Made by a program: the position numbers and the translations under genes | Assembly (NCBI GenBank): GCA_963798915.1 | Contig: CAWCVB010000007.1 | Span: forward strand, 143,640 to 207,639 | From: an uncultured Gemmatimonadales bacterium | GTDB lineage: Bacteria; Gemmatimonadota; Gemmatimonadetes; Gemmatimonadales; GWC2-71-9 | Length of the DNA stretch: 64,000 nucleotides | Reading direction: 5' to 3' | Shown here: in pieces, positions 9,725 to 20,319 of the stretch | How the letters are laid out: each line of letters begins with the position of its first letter | How positions within the stretch are numbered: position 1 is the stretch's first letter | The notes under the pieces: generated by a model | Database searches by the model: none | What the model was told of the DNA's origin: nothing | The model's input: the letters and a program-made list of their open reading frames with translations, nothing else

Positions 9725-10888
9725 TCACGAATCTCGGGTTACGAGTTTCGCATCCTGGGCGGGCATCGCCCGGGCCACGGCATCTGCCACAGCCGAGCGC
9801 ACTTGGGCCATCGCGCGCAGCGAATGTCGGGCACGCGGGTCGAAACTCCGGTTGGCCAGGAAGATCACGAAAACATCGCGCGCCGGATCCACCCACATTT
9901 CGGTACCGGTCCAGCCGGTGTGCCCATACGCCGTCGAACTGAGCAGGCGGCCATAGACCGACGTTCCTTCGTAGGTGGGATCGGGAGAATCCCAGCCGAG
10001 GAGCCGGGAGCCTGACACGCTGGTACCGGTCAGGAACTCGTGCACCGTGGACGCCTTGACCCACATGGTACTGTCATCCAGCGCGCCGTCCCGAAGCCAG
10101 GTCTGGGCAAACCGCGCCAGGTCGGAAGCGGTGGCAAAGAGACCTGCATGGCCCGAGACGCCCTCGAGCATCTGCGCGTTCTGGTCATTCGGCACGCCGG
10201 CGACGACTTCACCCTTGAGGAACGAGCTGGGCGCGATCCGAGCCAGCAGCGAGTGCGGTGGCCGGAACATCGTCTGTGCCATGCCCAGCGGATCGAAGAC
10301 TTGCTGGCTGAGCACCGAGTCGAGCGGCATGCCCGAGGCAGATTCCAGCACCAGGCCCAGGAGAATCCCGTTCAGGTCACTGTAGACCGGGCTGGTGCCG
10401 GGAGCCTGCCGAAGGGTCGCGGCAGTGACCTGGGCCAGCGCTTCGCTCCGGCTGGTGGCCGTGCGGTAGAGCGGCAGGAACGGGGGCAGCCCACTGGTAT
10501 GCAGGAGCAGCATCTTCACCGTCACCGAGTCCCGAAGCCCACCGCTGAACTCGGGCACGTACTGCGCAACCGGCGCATTCAGATCCAGCACGCCCTGGTC
10601 CACCATGCGAAGCGCCGCGCCGGCCGCAATCACCTTGGTGAGCGAGGCGAGATCCCACAGCGTGGAGTCGGCGCGCGGGCGGGGCGACGAGCTGCTCCAG
10701 GTGTAGTGCCCGAATCGCGCCGAATGCAGAATGCGGTCATGCGTGCCGATTACCACCACAGCGCCGGGAAACACGCCGCGCTGAATGCCGAAGCGGACCG
10801 CCTTGTCCACCGCAGAAAAATCGCGCGTGGGACCGGTTGGGCCGCCGAAGCCAGTGGCGGCAGCGACGAGGAGCAGCGAGGTGATCAT
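9725..10888 (-). CDS. Serine hydrolase, beta-lactamase class C-like family
   Basis: Signal peptide; LASLTK (SxxK), LLLHTSGL, YSD, GHAGLF, GHTGWTG. Confidence 0.92.
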   Translation of the reverse strand: MITSLLLVAAATGFGGPTGPTRDFSAVDKAVRFGIQRGVFPGAVVVIGTHDRILHSARFGHYTWSSSSPRPRADSTLWDLASLTKVIAAGAALRMVDQGVLDLNAPVAQYVPEFSGGLRDSVTVKMLLLHTSGLPPFLPLYRTATSRSEALAQVTAATLRQAPGTSPVYSDLNGILLGLVLESASGMPLDSVLSQQVFDPLGMAQTMFRPPHSLLARIAPSSFLKGEVVAGVPNDQNAQMLEGVSGHAGLFATASDLARFAQTWLRDGALDDSTMWVKASTVHEFLTGTSVSGSRLLGWDSPDPTYEGTSVYGRLLSSTAYGHTGWTGTEMWVDPARDVFVIFLANRSFDPRARHSLRAMAQVRSAVADAVARAMPAQDAKLVTRDS

Positions 10889-11682
10889 TGGCCGCCCGCC
10901 GAATCGGAAATGGGACCGACGGGCAGGGCGTACAGCAGTTGTGCCGTGGCTCGGTCGCGATCGGTGAGCGCACCGACTCGCGTGGCCGGGAACATCACGT
11001 CCGCCGAATCGGCCGAGTGGGGCAGGCCGATGGCGTGGCCGGTCTCATGTACCGCCACAGCAAAGAGGGAGGCGTCCGGCAACCGGACGCCCGTCTGGGT
11101 ATGGATGGCCAGCGACACCGAGGCCCGGCGCACCCGCCCAACGCGATCCCACGTGAGATCGGTCTGGCCGGCACGGTCATAAGGAAAGCGGTCGATCCAC
11201 CGGAAGACGATGTCGGCCATGGTGGTGTCACTGATCAGCTCGAACCGCACTCCGGAGCCGGAGGTGGACCAGAGGTCGAGGGCGCGATGCACAAAACTGG
11301 TCATGCGGGGCTTGTAGCCGGCCACGTCACCATCGACGATGGCGACCCGCAGCGGCAGGCCCGCGCGGTCGGGCCAGCGCCGGACCACCGAGTCGGTAGA
11401 AGCAAGCAGGGAGTCGAGGTAGGTGGACATCCCGGCCCGGGCGATCTGCTGGCGGGCCGCAAGCCGGGCCAGCCGATCAATCGTGGGCGTGGCCGCCGGG
11501 CCCGCGGCCGGCCGGGCGACCCGGACAGGCGCGGCAGCCGTACGGGCCCCGGACGCCCCGACCATCGTGGCAGGCGCCACGGGCTGCGGGGTGTCGCGCG
11601 GCTCACGCAGGTGCTGCACGCGGTCCACGAGGACGATAATTGCAAGTCCCAGTGTGAGAAGCGGCAAGGCGAATCGTTTCAT
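10885..11682 (-). CDS. Matrixin-family (M10) zinc metalloprotease
   Basis: HETGHAIGLPH (HExxHxxGxxH), Met-turn DVMFP, N-terminal hydrophobic anchor. Confidence 0.9.
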   Translation of the reverse strand: MKRFALPLLTLGLAIIVLVDRVQHLREPRDTPQPVAPATMVGASGARTAAAPVRVARPAAGPAATPTIDRLARLAARQQIARAGMSTYLDSLLASTDSVVRRWPDRAGLPLRVAIVDGDVAGYKPRMTSFVHRALDLWSTSGSGVRFELISDTTMADIVFRWIDRFPYDRAGQTDLTWDRVGRVRRASVSLAIHTQTGVRLPDASLFAVAVHETGHAIGLPHSADSADVMFPATRVGALTDRDRATAQLLYALPVGPISDSAGGQ

Positions 11683-11825
11683 GGCGTCCGGGTAAAGTCT
11701 CCCGCAGGTAATGCAAGGGCCGGGCCGCTCGGGTGGCGCGCCGGGGCGACGCTGCCTAACATTGGCCCCGGCGGTTCCACGGCGCCAGCCGCAGCCCTTT
11801 CAGCAAGGAGCAGGTTCCGATCGTG

Positions 11826-14147
11826 ATGGGTTGGTTTGCGCGGGCCCTGGTCCGCTGGCGCTGGGCTGTCCTCGGCGCGTGGATCCTCATCGGCGCGGTG
11901 GCCGCGATCCGCGCCCCGGCCACCCCCAAACTGCTCAACGTGCGGGGTGGCAGCAACAAGCTGACCGAGGCGGCGCTCGCCGATCGCGCGCTGAAGACCC
12001 GTTTCGCCGAGTCGCTGAGCGACTTCTTTGCCCTCACGCTCGAAGGGCCGGCCCCGTTCGACAGCGGCCGGCCTCGCATGGTGCTGGACAGCATCTCCAG
12101 CGCGCTGGCCCGCCAGCCGTACATCCGCAGCGTCGTCTCCTGGCCGCTGACGCACGATTCCACGTTCATCAGCAGCGATCACCGGGCCACGTTTCTGGTG
12201 CTCGCACTCACGGTGACCGAGAGCGACACGGTCGCCAACCTGGTGACGCCGGTGCGGTCGGTGATTGCCGCGACGCTGCGCACTTTTCATGACAGCGACC
12301 AATATACGGCACACGTCACCGGCCGCTCGCCACTCGACCTCGACGTGCGCAAGGTTTCCACCGAGGACAGCAAGACCGGCGAGGCGCGGCTGCTGCCGCT
12401 GACGCTGGTGGTGCTCATCCTCGCATTCGGCGCACTGGTGGCGGCCGGCCTGCCACTGGTGATTGGCTTCCTGGCCATCGCTGTCTCGCTCACGATCATC
12501 GGGCTGCTCACCAGGATTACGCCCATGTCCATCTTCGTCCTCAACATGACGACGATGATCGGGCTGGGCGTGGGCATTGACTACTCGCTCCTGGTGGTGA
12601 CGCGCTTCCGGGAAGAACTGCGGCGTGGCCACCGGCGTCGGGAAGCGGCGGTCAATACGGTGCGGACCGCAGGCAGCGCCGTGGTGACATCCGGCATGAC
12701 CGTCGTGGTGGGGTTTGCGGCACTCCTGTTCACACCACTGATCGAGACCCGGAGCGTCGGCCTGGGCGGACTCGTGGTGGTCGCCGTTGCAGTGCTGCTG
12801 TCGATTACGCTCCTCCCTGCCCTCCTGGCCATCATGGGCCGCGACATCGATCGTCCCCGGTGGCTGGCGCGGCGACTCACGTGGTATCACTCGCCGCGCG
12901 CCTGGGAAAAGTGGGCGCGCTCGCTGGCTCGCCACCCGCTCCGCGCCCTCTCCATGGGCGGGCTCGCGATTGCGGTGCTCACCACACCACTGCTCTTCAT
13001 TCGAATCGGCCTGCCGGCCCGCAACTGGTGGCCCTCGGCGACCGAAGCCGGCCGTGGGCTGGAGACGCTCACGCGCATGGGTGTGGCGGGCTACATCCAA
13101 CCAGTCCGGGTGGTGGTGGAGCTGCCGCCTGGCGGGAATGCGGTGAGCGCTGCCTCGCTTCGGGGCATGATGGCGCTCCGGGATTCATTCCAGGCCGACC
13201 CCCGCGTGCGTGAGGTCCGCAGCCTGGTGAACATCGGCGGCCGTCAATCCATTCTCGAGCTGTCAGCCTTGTACAGCGAGCTGGACAGCGCGCGCGCCGA
13301 GTATGGCGAGTTTGTCAATGCGTACCTGAGCCGTGACAGCCGGGTGGCGCTGATGGATCTCATCCCTGCCGATACCACCTCGCTCACCAGTACCCAGGAA
13401 CTGGTGCGCCGGGTGCGGGACATTGTGGCCCACCCGCCGAAGCAGCTCCGCACTGCCACGATCAGGGTGGGCGGCTACTCGGCGAGTGCGCTGGATTTTC
13501 AGGATGACCTGATGGCGCGCTTCCCGCTCATTGTCCTCCTGGTCCTCGGCGCCACCGGCGTGATGCTGGCGATTGCCTTCCGGTCGGTGCTGGTGCCGCT
13601 CAAGGCCATCATCATGAACAGTCTCTCGGTGGGCGCCACGTTCGGGCTCATCGTGCTGGTGTTCCAATACGGCCTCGGCGCCCGGATCCTGGGGCTCTCC
13701 GGCGCCACGTCGGCCATCTTCGTCGTGGTACCGGTGCTGGTCTTTGCCGTGGTCTTCGGCCTCAGCATGGATTACGAAGTGTTCCTGCTGAGCCGCATCA
13801 AGGAAGCGTTTGACCGCACCGGCCGGAACGACGAAGCAACCATGGAAGGCGTCGCCGCCACGGCGAGCGTCATCACCTCCGCCGCGCTCATCATGATCAT
13901 GGTGTTCGGGGTGTTTGCCTTTGCGCGAGTGCTGGTCATGCAGTTCCTGGGCTTTGGGCTGGCGGTGGCGGTGCTGCTGGATGCGACCATCATCCGGATG
14001 GTGCTGGTGCCGTCCTTCATGCACCTGGCCGGACGATGGAACTGGTGGCCGGGGGTGCGGAAGGCCGACAGCCGGGAAGACGGCAAAACGGGAAGACCGA
14101 TTGCTCCAGATCTTCCCGCCGTCCCAACGTCCCGCCCTTCCGACTGA
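11826..14147 (+). CDS. MMPL family RND transporter
   Basis: Two repeats of TM bundles, GLGVGIDYSLL and GLSMDYEVFLLSRIKE, LDATIIRMVLVP, WNWWP. Confidence 0.95.
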   Translation: MGWFARALVRWRWAVLGAWILIGAVAAIRAPATPKLLNVRGGSNKLTEAALADRALKTRFAESLSDFFALTLEGPAPFDSGRPRMVLDSISSALARQPYIRSVVSWPLTHDSTFISSDHRATFLVLALTVTESDTVANLVTPVRSVIAATLRTFHDSDQYTAHVTGRSPLDLDVRKVSTEDSKTGEARLLPLTLVVLILAFGALVAAGLPLVIGFLAIAVSLTIIGLLTRITPMSIFVLNMTTMIGLGVGIDYSLLVVTRFREELRRGHRRREAAVNTVRTAGSAVVTSGMTVVVGFAALLFTPLIETRSVGLGGLVVVAVAVLLSITLLPALLAIMGRDIDRPRWLARRLTWYHSPRAWEKWARSLARHPLRALSMGGLAIAVLTTPLLFIRIGLPARNWWPSATEAGRGLETLTRMGVAGYIQPVRVVVELPPGGNAVSAASLRGMMALRDSFQADPRVREVRSLVNIGGRQSILELSALYSELDSARAEYGEFVNAYLSRDSRVALMDLIPADTTSLTSTQELVRRVRDIVAHPPKQLRTATIRVGGYSASALDFQDDLMARFPLIVLLVLGATGVMLAIAFRSVLVPLKAIIMNSLSVGATFGLIVLVFQYGLGARILGLSGATSAIFVVVPVLVFAVVFGLSMDYEVFLLSRIKEAFDRTGRNDEATMEGVAATASVITSAALIMIMVFGVFAFARVLVMQFLGFGLAVAVLLDATIIRMVLVPSFMHLAGRWNWWPGVRKADSREDGKTGRPIAPDLPAVPTSRPSD

Positions 14148-14163
14148 CTTCCGGTCTGTCCGT

Positions 14164-14628
14164 CTACCTGATCGCCCCCATGACGCCGCGGACCATCCAG
14201 ATCAGCCCGACGGTCAGCAGCGTCAGCAGGACCACTACTATCACGACTTCGGCGATACCGGCCGCGCGGTACAGGCCGATCCGCTCCCGGTCGGCGCGGG
14301 CGGCCGCACGCCGGGCCTCGATTCTGGAGATGGCAGGCGACGAGACCGGTGTGCTGCCTTCGGGCGACAGGGATGGAAACCCCTCGGGCGAGCGTCGTAC
14401 GCTGCCGAGAACGAGGCGATCTTCCGGAGGCCGAAAGCCCATCCGTTCGTTCCACGCTGATACGATGCCAGAGTGATTGCGCACCGGCTGCCACGCCTGC
14501 CTGGCGTAGTCGAACACGTAGTCGTCCACGTCCAAATGGCCCGCCTCGAGCGCATCGAGCAGCGAATCGAGCGTGAGCCAGGGGGTTTCGACGCCGGCGG
14601 AATTGCTGGTCAGGAACGGGACGGGCAC
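14164..14628 (-). CDS. Hypothetical membrane protein with GYF_2/DUF4339-like N-terminal domain
   Basis: LTLDSLLDALEAGHL..DDYVF....AWQPV pattern; single C-terminal TM helix; GTG start. Confidence 0.6.
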   Translation of the reverse strand: MPVPFLTSNSAGVETPWLTLDSLLDALEAGHLDVDDYVFDYARQAWQPVRNHSGIVSAWNERMGFRPPEDRLVLGSVRRSPEGFPSLSPEGSTPVSSPAISRIEARRAAARADRERIGLYRAAGIAEVVIVVVLLTLLTVGLIWMVRGVMGAIR

Positions 14629-14704
14629 GCCTGCCGCCTCTCAAGAGGTTGCCTGCAACATTCATCCAATCGCCGATACCCGCAATAGCGGTGGGCAGCG
14701 GGAC

Positions 14705-15964
14705 TCAGAAGAAGTCTGCGGTGCCTGACCCGAATCGAGGATTGACCACGTTATTGAAGATCGAGCCGAAGCTGTAGCTGAAGCCGGCCGAGAGGAAGTA
14801 GCGGTAGTCGGTGGCAAGCTCCTGCTGCTGGAGGAGAATCTCCTCGGGGGTCAGGCCCTGGGCCGGCAGGTAGAGCTGGTCCCGGACGCGCGAAATGCTG
14901 CCGTCCAGCTCCAGCGAGAGTCCCTTGAGCAATCGCACCTGGAGGTCCGTGGAGAACCGCACCGAATTGCGAGCGAGGTCATGAAGATACTGTCTCGCTC
15001 GGAGCCGGAAGCCGGCCGATCCCCATGGCTGGGTGGCATCAAGTTCGGCCTCCAGCGAATGCTCCAGCAGCGTCTGCCGGAGCTTCTGGTAGATGGTCAC
15101 TTCATCGTAGCGGAAGTAATCGGCGCCCAGCTGGTACCGGATGGTGAGAAGCCGGCCCGCCGAGGCACTGTAGGGAAACACGTCGTACTCGACACCGAGC
15201 GCACCGCGGAGGCCCAGCCGGCGGTTGCTGTAGCTGGACCGGCTGGCGGCCACGGCCGCGCCGATGCCCCAGTGCGGCCCCATAGTCCTCACGACTGATG
15301 CTTCGGCGCCGTATTCCCGCTGCGTGCTGCTGACCGTCTCGGTGCTGTCCAGGTCAAAGGAGTTCTTCTCATAACTCCCATCCAGCGACAACGAGAGCTT
15401 GAGCGCGTCGGTGTTGCGGTTGGCGGAGACACTGCCTTCGAGGTCGGTGCTCTTCTGGTGCGACTCTCCCTCGAGGCGCGTCTGCCCGTCAACGCGGAAG
15501 ACCCAGAAATTCCACGGATCCTGGGCCGGCGTCGTCTCGGCGGTGCTGTCGAGCGCCGGGCCGCGATAGCTGATCACCAGGTCCCGGCCAATGGGCGACC
15601 GGGCGACGAAGCGTACCAGCCCCAGCTTGAAGGTCCGGGCCAATCCCTCCCGCACCTGATCATCGGTCGCATCCTGGGGCGCAAACCACGAGAGCGAGTC
15701 CCGGGTGGCGGCAAAGGCATGTCGACCAATGAAGACCGCGGCATAGGCCGCGCCGCCACCGCCGGTTCGCTGGCGGGTGACCAGGATGTGCACATCGGCG
15801 TCCTGGGGCGAGCGGACATAGTCCACAAAGGTGATCTGGCGAACGAAGTAATCGTCGTCGCAGTGGAAGTGCTGGCAGTCGAGGTAGACCCGGATCGGTG
15901 AGACCTGCGCGGCCGCCGTGGCCGGCAGCAAAAGCAGCAGGAACAACAGCAGCGACCGCGCCAT
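14705..15964 (-). CDS. Outer-membrane beta-barrel hypothetical protein
   Basis: Signal peptide MARSLLLFLLLLLPATAAA; amphipathic beta-strands; C-terminal FSYSFGSIFNNVVNPRF. Confidence 0.75.
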   Translation of the reverse strand: MARSLLLFLLLLLPATAAAQVSPIRVYLDCQHFHCDDDYFVRQITFVDYVRSPQDADVHILVTRQRTGGGGAAYAAVFIGRHAFAATRDSLSWFAPQDATDDQVREGLARTFKLGLVRFVARSPIGRDLVISYRGPALDSTAETTPAQDPWNFWVFRVDGQTRLEGESHQKSTDLEGSVSANRNTDALKLSLSLDGSYEKNSFDLDSTETVSSTQREYGAEASVVRTMGPHWGIGAAVAASRSSYSNRRLGLRGALGVEYDVFPYSASAGRLLTIRYQLGADYFRYDEVTIYQKLRQTLLEHSLEAELDATQPWGSAGFRLRARQYLHDLARNSVRFSTDLQVRLLKGLSLELDGSISRVRDQLYLPAQGLTPEEILLQQQELATDYRYFLSAGFSYSFGSIFNNVVNPRFGSGTADFF

Positions 15965-15965
15965 G

Positions 15966-18743
15966 TCAGCCCAGACCCTTGGCATCGAGCCAGTTGCTTC
16001 CCACTCCCATTTCCACCACCAGCGGAACCTCGAGCTGTGCCGCGCCCTCCATGTGCTCGCGCACGACGGCCTGGACATGGTCGAGTTCGGCCGGCGGAAC
16101 CTCGAGGACGAGTTCGTCGTGCACCTGCAGCAGCAGGCGGCTTTCCAGGCGCTCGTCCCGCAGCACCCGGTGGATTTCGATCATGGCCAGCTTGATCAGG
16201 TCGGCCGCCGAGCCCTGCAGGGGGGAGTTCTGGGCAGTGCGCTCACCGTAGGAGCGAATGTTGAAGTTGCGGTCGCGCACTTCCGGGACGTAGCGCCGGC
16301 GGCCGGAGAGCGTTTCCACGTATCCCTTGTCCCGGGCCAGCTCGACCTGCCCATCGAGAAAATCGCGGACGCCGCGGAACCTGGTGAAGTAGCTGCGGAT
16401 GAACTCGCGGGCTTCCTCCTGGGTGATGCCCAGCTGGCGCGAGAGCGCAAACGGCCCCTGGCCGTAAATGGTGGCAAAGTTGATGGTCTTGGCGCGGGCC
16501 CGCATGTCGGGGGTCACCGCATCGGCCGGCACGCCGAAGATCACCGCAGCGGTCTGGCGGTGGATGTCCCCGCCCTGGCGGAACGCCTCGATGAAGGCCG
16601 GATCGCGCGAGAGGTGCGCCATGAGCCGCAACTCGATCTGCGAGTAGTCGGCCACCAGGAACTGCCATCCTTCGCGCGGAATGAAGCCGCGCCGGATGGC
16701 GGCTCCGCGGGGTGTGCGCACCGGAATATTCTGCAGATTGGGATCGGTGGAGCTCAGGCGCCCGGTGGCCGCGCCAGTCTGGTTGAAACTGGTGTGGATG
16801 CGGCCGGTCACCGGGTTGACCGAGGTCGGCAGGGTATCCACATAGGTGCTCTTGAGCTTCTGCAGTTCCCGGTAGTCCAGGATCCGCCGCGGCAGTGCGT
16901 GGCCCATCTCGGCGAGCTGCTCGAGCACGTCGGCGTCGGTGGACGGGCCGGTGCGGGTCTTCTTGAGCACCGGCAGCTGCTCCTTTTCGAACAGCACCGC
17001 GGCGAGCTGGCGCGGCGAATTGATGTTGAGGTCCTCACCCGCGATCGCGGCGATATCGGCCTCGATGATCGCGAGTTCGGTGCTCAGCTCGGCCGAGAGC
17101 TGCTGGAAGAGTGGCACGTCGACACGAATACCTTCCCATTCCATGTCGGCCAGGACCGGCACCAGCGGCATCTCGATCTCGTCCAGCACCTGGGTCATGC
17201 CGGTCGACTCGAGTGTGGGCGCAAAGAAGTCTCGCAGCGCCAGCACCGTGGTGCTGTCGGCGCCGCAGTAATCGGCGGCCACCTCGACCGTGACGCAGGC
17301 AAAGGGAATTTCCGACTTCCCCTTCCCCACCAGCTCCTTGTAGGTCCGCATGGTGACGCCCAGATGTTCGAGCGCCAGGTTGTCGATCCCGTGCGAGCGG
17401 CGGCCGGGATCGAGCACAAAGCTCGTCAGCATCGAGTCGTAGGTCACGCCGCGCACCGTGATGCCGGCGCGGCGGAGCACCTCGATGTCGTACTTGGTGT
17501 TGTGGCCGGCCTTGGCCACGGCGGGGTCGGTGAGCAGCGCACGAACGCCGGCAAGTTTCGGGTCCGTGATCGGCGGCAGGTTGCAGACCGCGTCCGGCGC
17601 GGCGAGATCGCCCTCCAGCGCACGGTGCCCGAACGGCAGGTACCACGCTTCGGTCGGGCTGATGGCAAACGAGAGGCCAATCAGTTCGGCATCGCGAGGC
17701 TGGAGCGATGAGGTCTCGGTGTCGAAGGCGATGATCGGCGCGGCACGGAGCCGCTCGACCAGGGGCGGGAGTTCGGCCGCGTCGGTCACCACGCCCACCA
17801 CGCGGGTCGGCTCCGCGGCGTGCGCCACCGATGCCGGCACGGTGGCGCCCGATTCGGCCTCGGTGAAGCGCCGCACCAGTGAGTAGAACTCCAGTTCGCT
17901 GAGGAGCGGCAGCAGCGCCGCCACGTCAGGATCTTCCATCTCCATGGCGCGGAGGTCGAACTCGACCGGCACGTCGCGCATGATGGTGACCAGCTCCTGC
18001 GACAGCCGGGCATTGTCGGCATTGGCCAGCAGCGCCTCGCGGGGCCGCTTGCCGGAGATCTCGCCGGCATGGGCCAGGATCTCTTCCAGGTTGCCGTACT
18101 GCTGCAGCAGCTTCTGCGCGGTCTTCTCGCCCACGCCCTTCACGCCCGGCACGTTGTCGCTGGTGTCGCCCACCAGCGCCAGGAAATCGATGACCTGCCC
18201 AGGCGGCACGCCCAGGCGCTCGGAGGCGTTGGACTCGTCCACCCAGGTCTCATCCACGCCGGCCGGTCCGCCCCGCCCGGGGTTCAGCAGCGCGATGCCC
18301 GGGCCGATGAGCTGGTAAAAATCCTTGTCGCCCGAGACAATGACCGCGTCCACCTGGTACTCGGGCATGGCGCGCGCAGCGAGCGTGCCGATCACGTCAT
18401 CGGCTTCGTAGCCCGGCACCCCGACCAGGGGAATGCGGAACGCGGCAAGCAGCTGGGTGATGCGGCGGAGCGCGCTATCGAAGTCGGCCTGCAGTTCGTC
18501 GTCCAGCTTGTCGCGGGTGGACTTGTACTCGGCGTACCGCTGCTCGCGGAATGAGGTCCCCATGTCGTGGACCCAGGCGAGGTAGTCGGGCTTGTATTTC
18601 TCCCGCAGGCGGAGCAGGAAGTTCACCACACCCCAGACGGCGGACGTATTCTCGCCCCGCGCCGTGCGGAGCGGCCGCGCGATCATGGCAAAGAAGGCAC
18701 GGTAGATGAGGGCGTAGCCGTCGATGAGGTAGAGGCGGGGCAT
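15966..18743 (-). CDS. polA: DNA polymerase I
   Basis: LIDGYALIYRAF 5'-3' exo, GYEADD, GDTSDNVPGVKGVG, AFDTET 3'-5' exo, TGRLSSTDPNLQNIP, ADYSQIELR, KTINFATIYG, QVHDELV. Confidence 0.99.
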   Translation of the reverse strand: MPRLYLIDGYALIYRAFFAMIARPLRTARGENTSAVWGVVNFLLRLREKYKPDYLAWVHDMGTSFREQRYAEYKSTRDKLDDELQADFDSALRRITQLLAAFRIPLVGVPGYEADDVIGTLAARAMPEYQVDAVIVSGDKDFYQLIGPGIALLNPGRGGPAGVDETWVDESNASERLGVPPGQVIDFLALVGDTSDNVPGVKGVGEKTAQKLLQQYGNLEEILAHAGEISGKRPREALLANADNARLSQELVTIMRDVPVEFDLRAMEMEDPDVAALLPLLSELEFYSLVRRFTEAESGATVPASVAHAAEPTRVVGVVTDAAELPPLVERLRAAPIIAFDTETSSLQPRDAELIGLSFAISPTEAWYLPFGHRALEGDLAAPDAVCNLPPITDPKLAGVRALLTDPAVAKAGHNTKYDIEVLRRAGITVRGVTYDSMLTSFVLDPGRRSHGIDNLALEHLGVTMRTYKELVGKGKSEIPFACVTVEVAADYCGADSTTVLALRDFFAPTLESTGMTQVLDEIEMPLVPVLADMEWEGIRVDVPLFQQLSAELSTELAIIEADIAAIAGEDLNINSPRQLAAVLFEKEQLPVLKKTRTGPSTDADVLEQLAEMGHALPRRILDYRELQKLKSTYVDTLPTSVNPVTGRIHTSFNQTGAATGRLSSTDPNLQNIPVRTPRGAAIRRGFIPREGWQFLVADYSQIELRLMAHLSRDPAFIEAFRQGGDIHRQTAAVIFGVPADAVTPDMRARAKTINFATIYGQGPFALSRQLGITQEEAREFIRSYFTRFRGVRDFLDGQVELARDKGYVETLSGRRRYVPEVRDRNFNIRSYGERTAQNSPLQGSAADLIKLAMIEIHRVLRDERLESRLLLQVHDELVLEVPPAELDHVQAVVREHMEGAAQLEVPLVVEMGVGSNWLDAKGLG

Positions 18744-18829
18744 GGGGGAAGATAAGTCGGCGAGACGGCAAGTCGGCCAGCCGGCAAGTGCGTCGAAGGC
18801 AAGAACCAGCCGTCCAGCCGTCTCGCCGA

Positions 18830-20173
18830 CTAGTTCCCGGTCCTCCGCAGCCGCGACAGCACCCGCTGGAAGTCGGCCCGCGAACTGGGATCGAGCCGGT
18901 AGCGGCCGAAGCCGTTCTCGTCGACGAAATAGAGCGCCAGGCGCAGGTTGGTATAGACCCATTCGATGATCCGGCCACCGACTGCGCCCGGCTGGGTTTC
19001 ATAGGTCTCGTCCGGTTCCCCGAAGGCCACGTACACTTCGCCCCGGTCGGTGCGCCATCCATCAACGCCTTCGGAGCGGAACCGCTGGTTGGCAATGGCG
19101 ATGCGCGTGAAGTAGGCGTTGATCGCCTCGTTCTCGGAGGTGTTGGGATCGGGATCGGTCTCGTGCCAGAAGTTCACCCACATGGCCGGGCGCTCGGCGG
19201 CGGGTGCCTTGCGGATGGAGTCGATGGCGGCCTGGCGGCCGAAGTAGCGCAGCAGGTCCGCCATGTTCTCGTAGTTGGCCACCACCCACGCGTGGGAGAA
19301 CGCCACCAGTGCCGTCGTGGTCTTGGCGCTGTCGCCCTGGCCGACGCTCAGAGTGAGCGGACCCAGTGCGGTGCTGTCGGGATACAGCTTGAGCACCTGG
19401 CCTTCCACCGGGCGCCCGCCCTCGAATGACACCGATCCGGAGAAGATCACGCTGTCCGCTTCGTTCCGCATGGTGACCGGCAAGGTCTCGGGTCCGGGAA
19501 AGTTGTACCCCTCGATATAGGCCAGCAGGCTGTCACCACCGAACAGCACCGAGCCGCGCGGATTGAGCACCAGCGAGAGCGTATCCTCCAGACTTCCCCG
19601 CCCTCGCACCGCGTACACCAGCAGCGGCGCCGTGATGCTCCCTGCCCCGTAGCTCGGCACTTCCTGGGCCTGCTCCACCTTGCCGCTGTTCCCGGTGGCT
19701 GGGTCGCGGAGCGTCGCCTGCAGCGTGTACTGCCCGGGCGGCAGCAGGAAGGTTTGCTGGAACAGCAGACTTTCATCGGAGCGCTGGGTCTCCTTGAAGG
19801 AACCGACGCGGACTGTTTCCTGCCGGTTGATGGCCACCGGCGCCGCGCCCGCACGCGTGAAGCCCAGGTCCACCTGGTACCGGGCCACGAAACCATTGGC
19901 TTCGCGCTGGAAGCCGAGGACGCTGTTCTGGAGCGAGATGCCGACCACGGCAATGGTGGAGTCGTGGGCGCCGGCGGCATAGGCCACGCTGCCGACCCAC
20001 TGCAGCGGGCCGGTGGACGAGAGCCGTCCGATGCGGCGGTAGAAGGTCTGGGTATCGAGCAAGTCCGACAGCGTTTGCGAAGTGGACTTGGGCTCGGGTT
20101 CAGTGCCGACGCGCTTCCAGCTGCCACAGGCGGCGGTGGCAACGAGCACGGCAACGAGCGCGAGACGGCGCAT
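18830..20173 (-). CDS. GWxTD domain-containing lipoprotein
   Basis: Lipobox ATAAC; FWHETDPDPNTSENE, ANQRF, GWRTDRGEVYVAFGEPD. Confidence 0.92.
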   Translation of the reverse strand: MRRLALVAVLVATAACGSWKRVGTEPEPKSTSQTLSDLLDTQTFYRRIGRLSSTGPLQWVGSVAYAAGAHDSTIAVVGISLQNSVLGFQREANGFVARYQVDLGFTRAGAAPVAINRQETVRVGSFKETQRSDESLLFQQTFLLPPGQYTLQATLRDPATGNSGKVEQAQEVPSYGAGSITAPLLVYAVRGRGSLEDTLSLVLNPRGSVLFGGDSLLAYIEGYNFPGPETLPVTMRNEADSVIFSGSVSFEGGRPVEGQVLKLYPDSTALGPLTLSVGQGDSAKTTTALVAFSHAWVVANYENMADLLRYFGRQAAIDSIRKAPAAERPAMWVNFWHETDPDPNTSENEAINAYFTRIAIANQRFRSEGVDGWRTDRGEVYVAFGEPDETYETQPGAVGGRIIEWVYTNLRLALYFVDENGFGRYRLDPSSRADFQRVLSRLRRTGN

Positions 20174-20207
20174 GAGTAAGGCTCCGTTGAAGTGTCAGAT
20201 CACTGCT

Positions 20208-20280
20208 GGCCGACGGTCGACAGTCGTCGGTCGTCAACTGCATCGTCAACCGTTGACCGTTGACCGTTGACCGTCGACTG
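20208..20280. repeat. Opposed heptamer repeats (hairpin) in a divergent intergenic region
   Basis: gacggtcgacagtcgtcggtcgtcaac followed by (accgttg)x3 accgtcgactg. Confidence 0.8.
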
Positions 20281-20319
20281 CTTGCTGCTCCCTCTCAAAA
20301 CCACTAGCTTGGCAGGCCG

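Noticed and set aside
9725..10888. Antibiotic-resistance beta-lactamase; likewise 55107..55637 as a dfr trimethoprim-resistance gene
   Set aside because: Motifs only support the broad serine-hydrolase and RibD-C/DHFR-like families; resistance cannot be inferred.
15918..17711. 597-aa + strand ORF, and similar long antisense ORFs (11679..13100, 28657..29814, 40660..42792, 56409..57782)
   Set aside because: Shadow ORFs opposite well-supported genes, expected from high-GC codon bias; no recognisable motifs.
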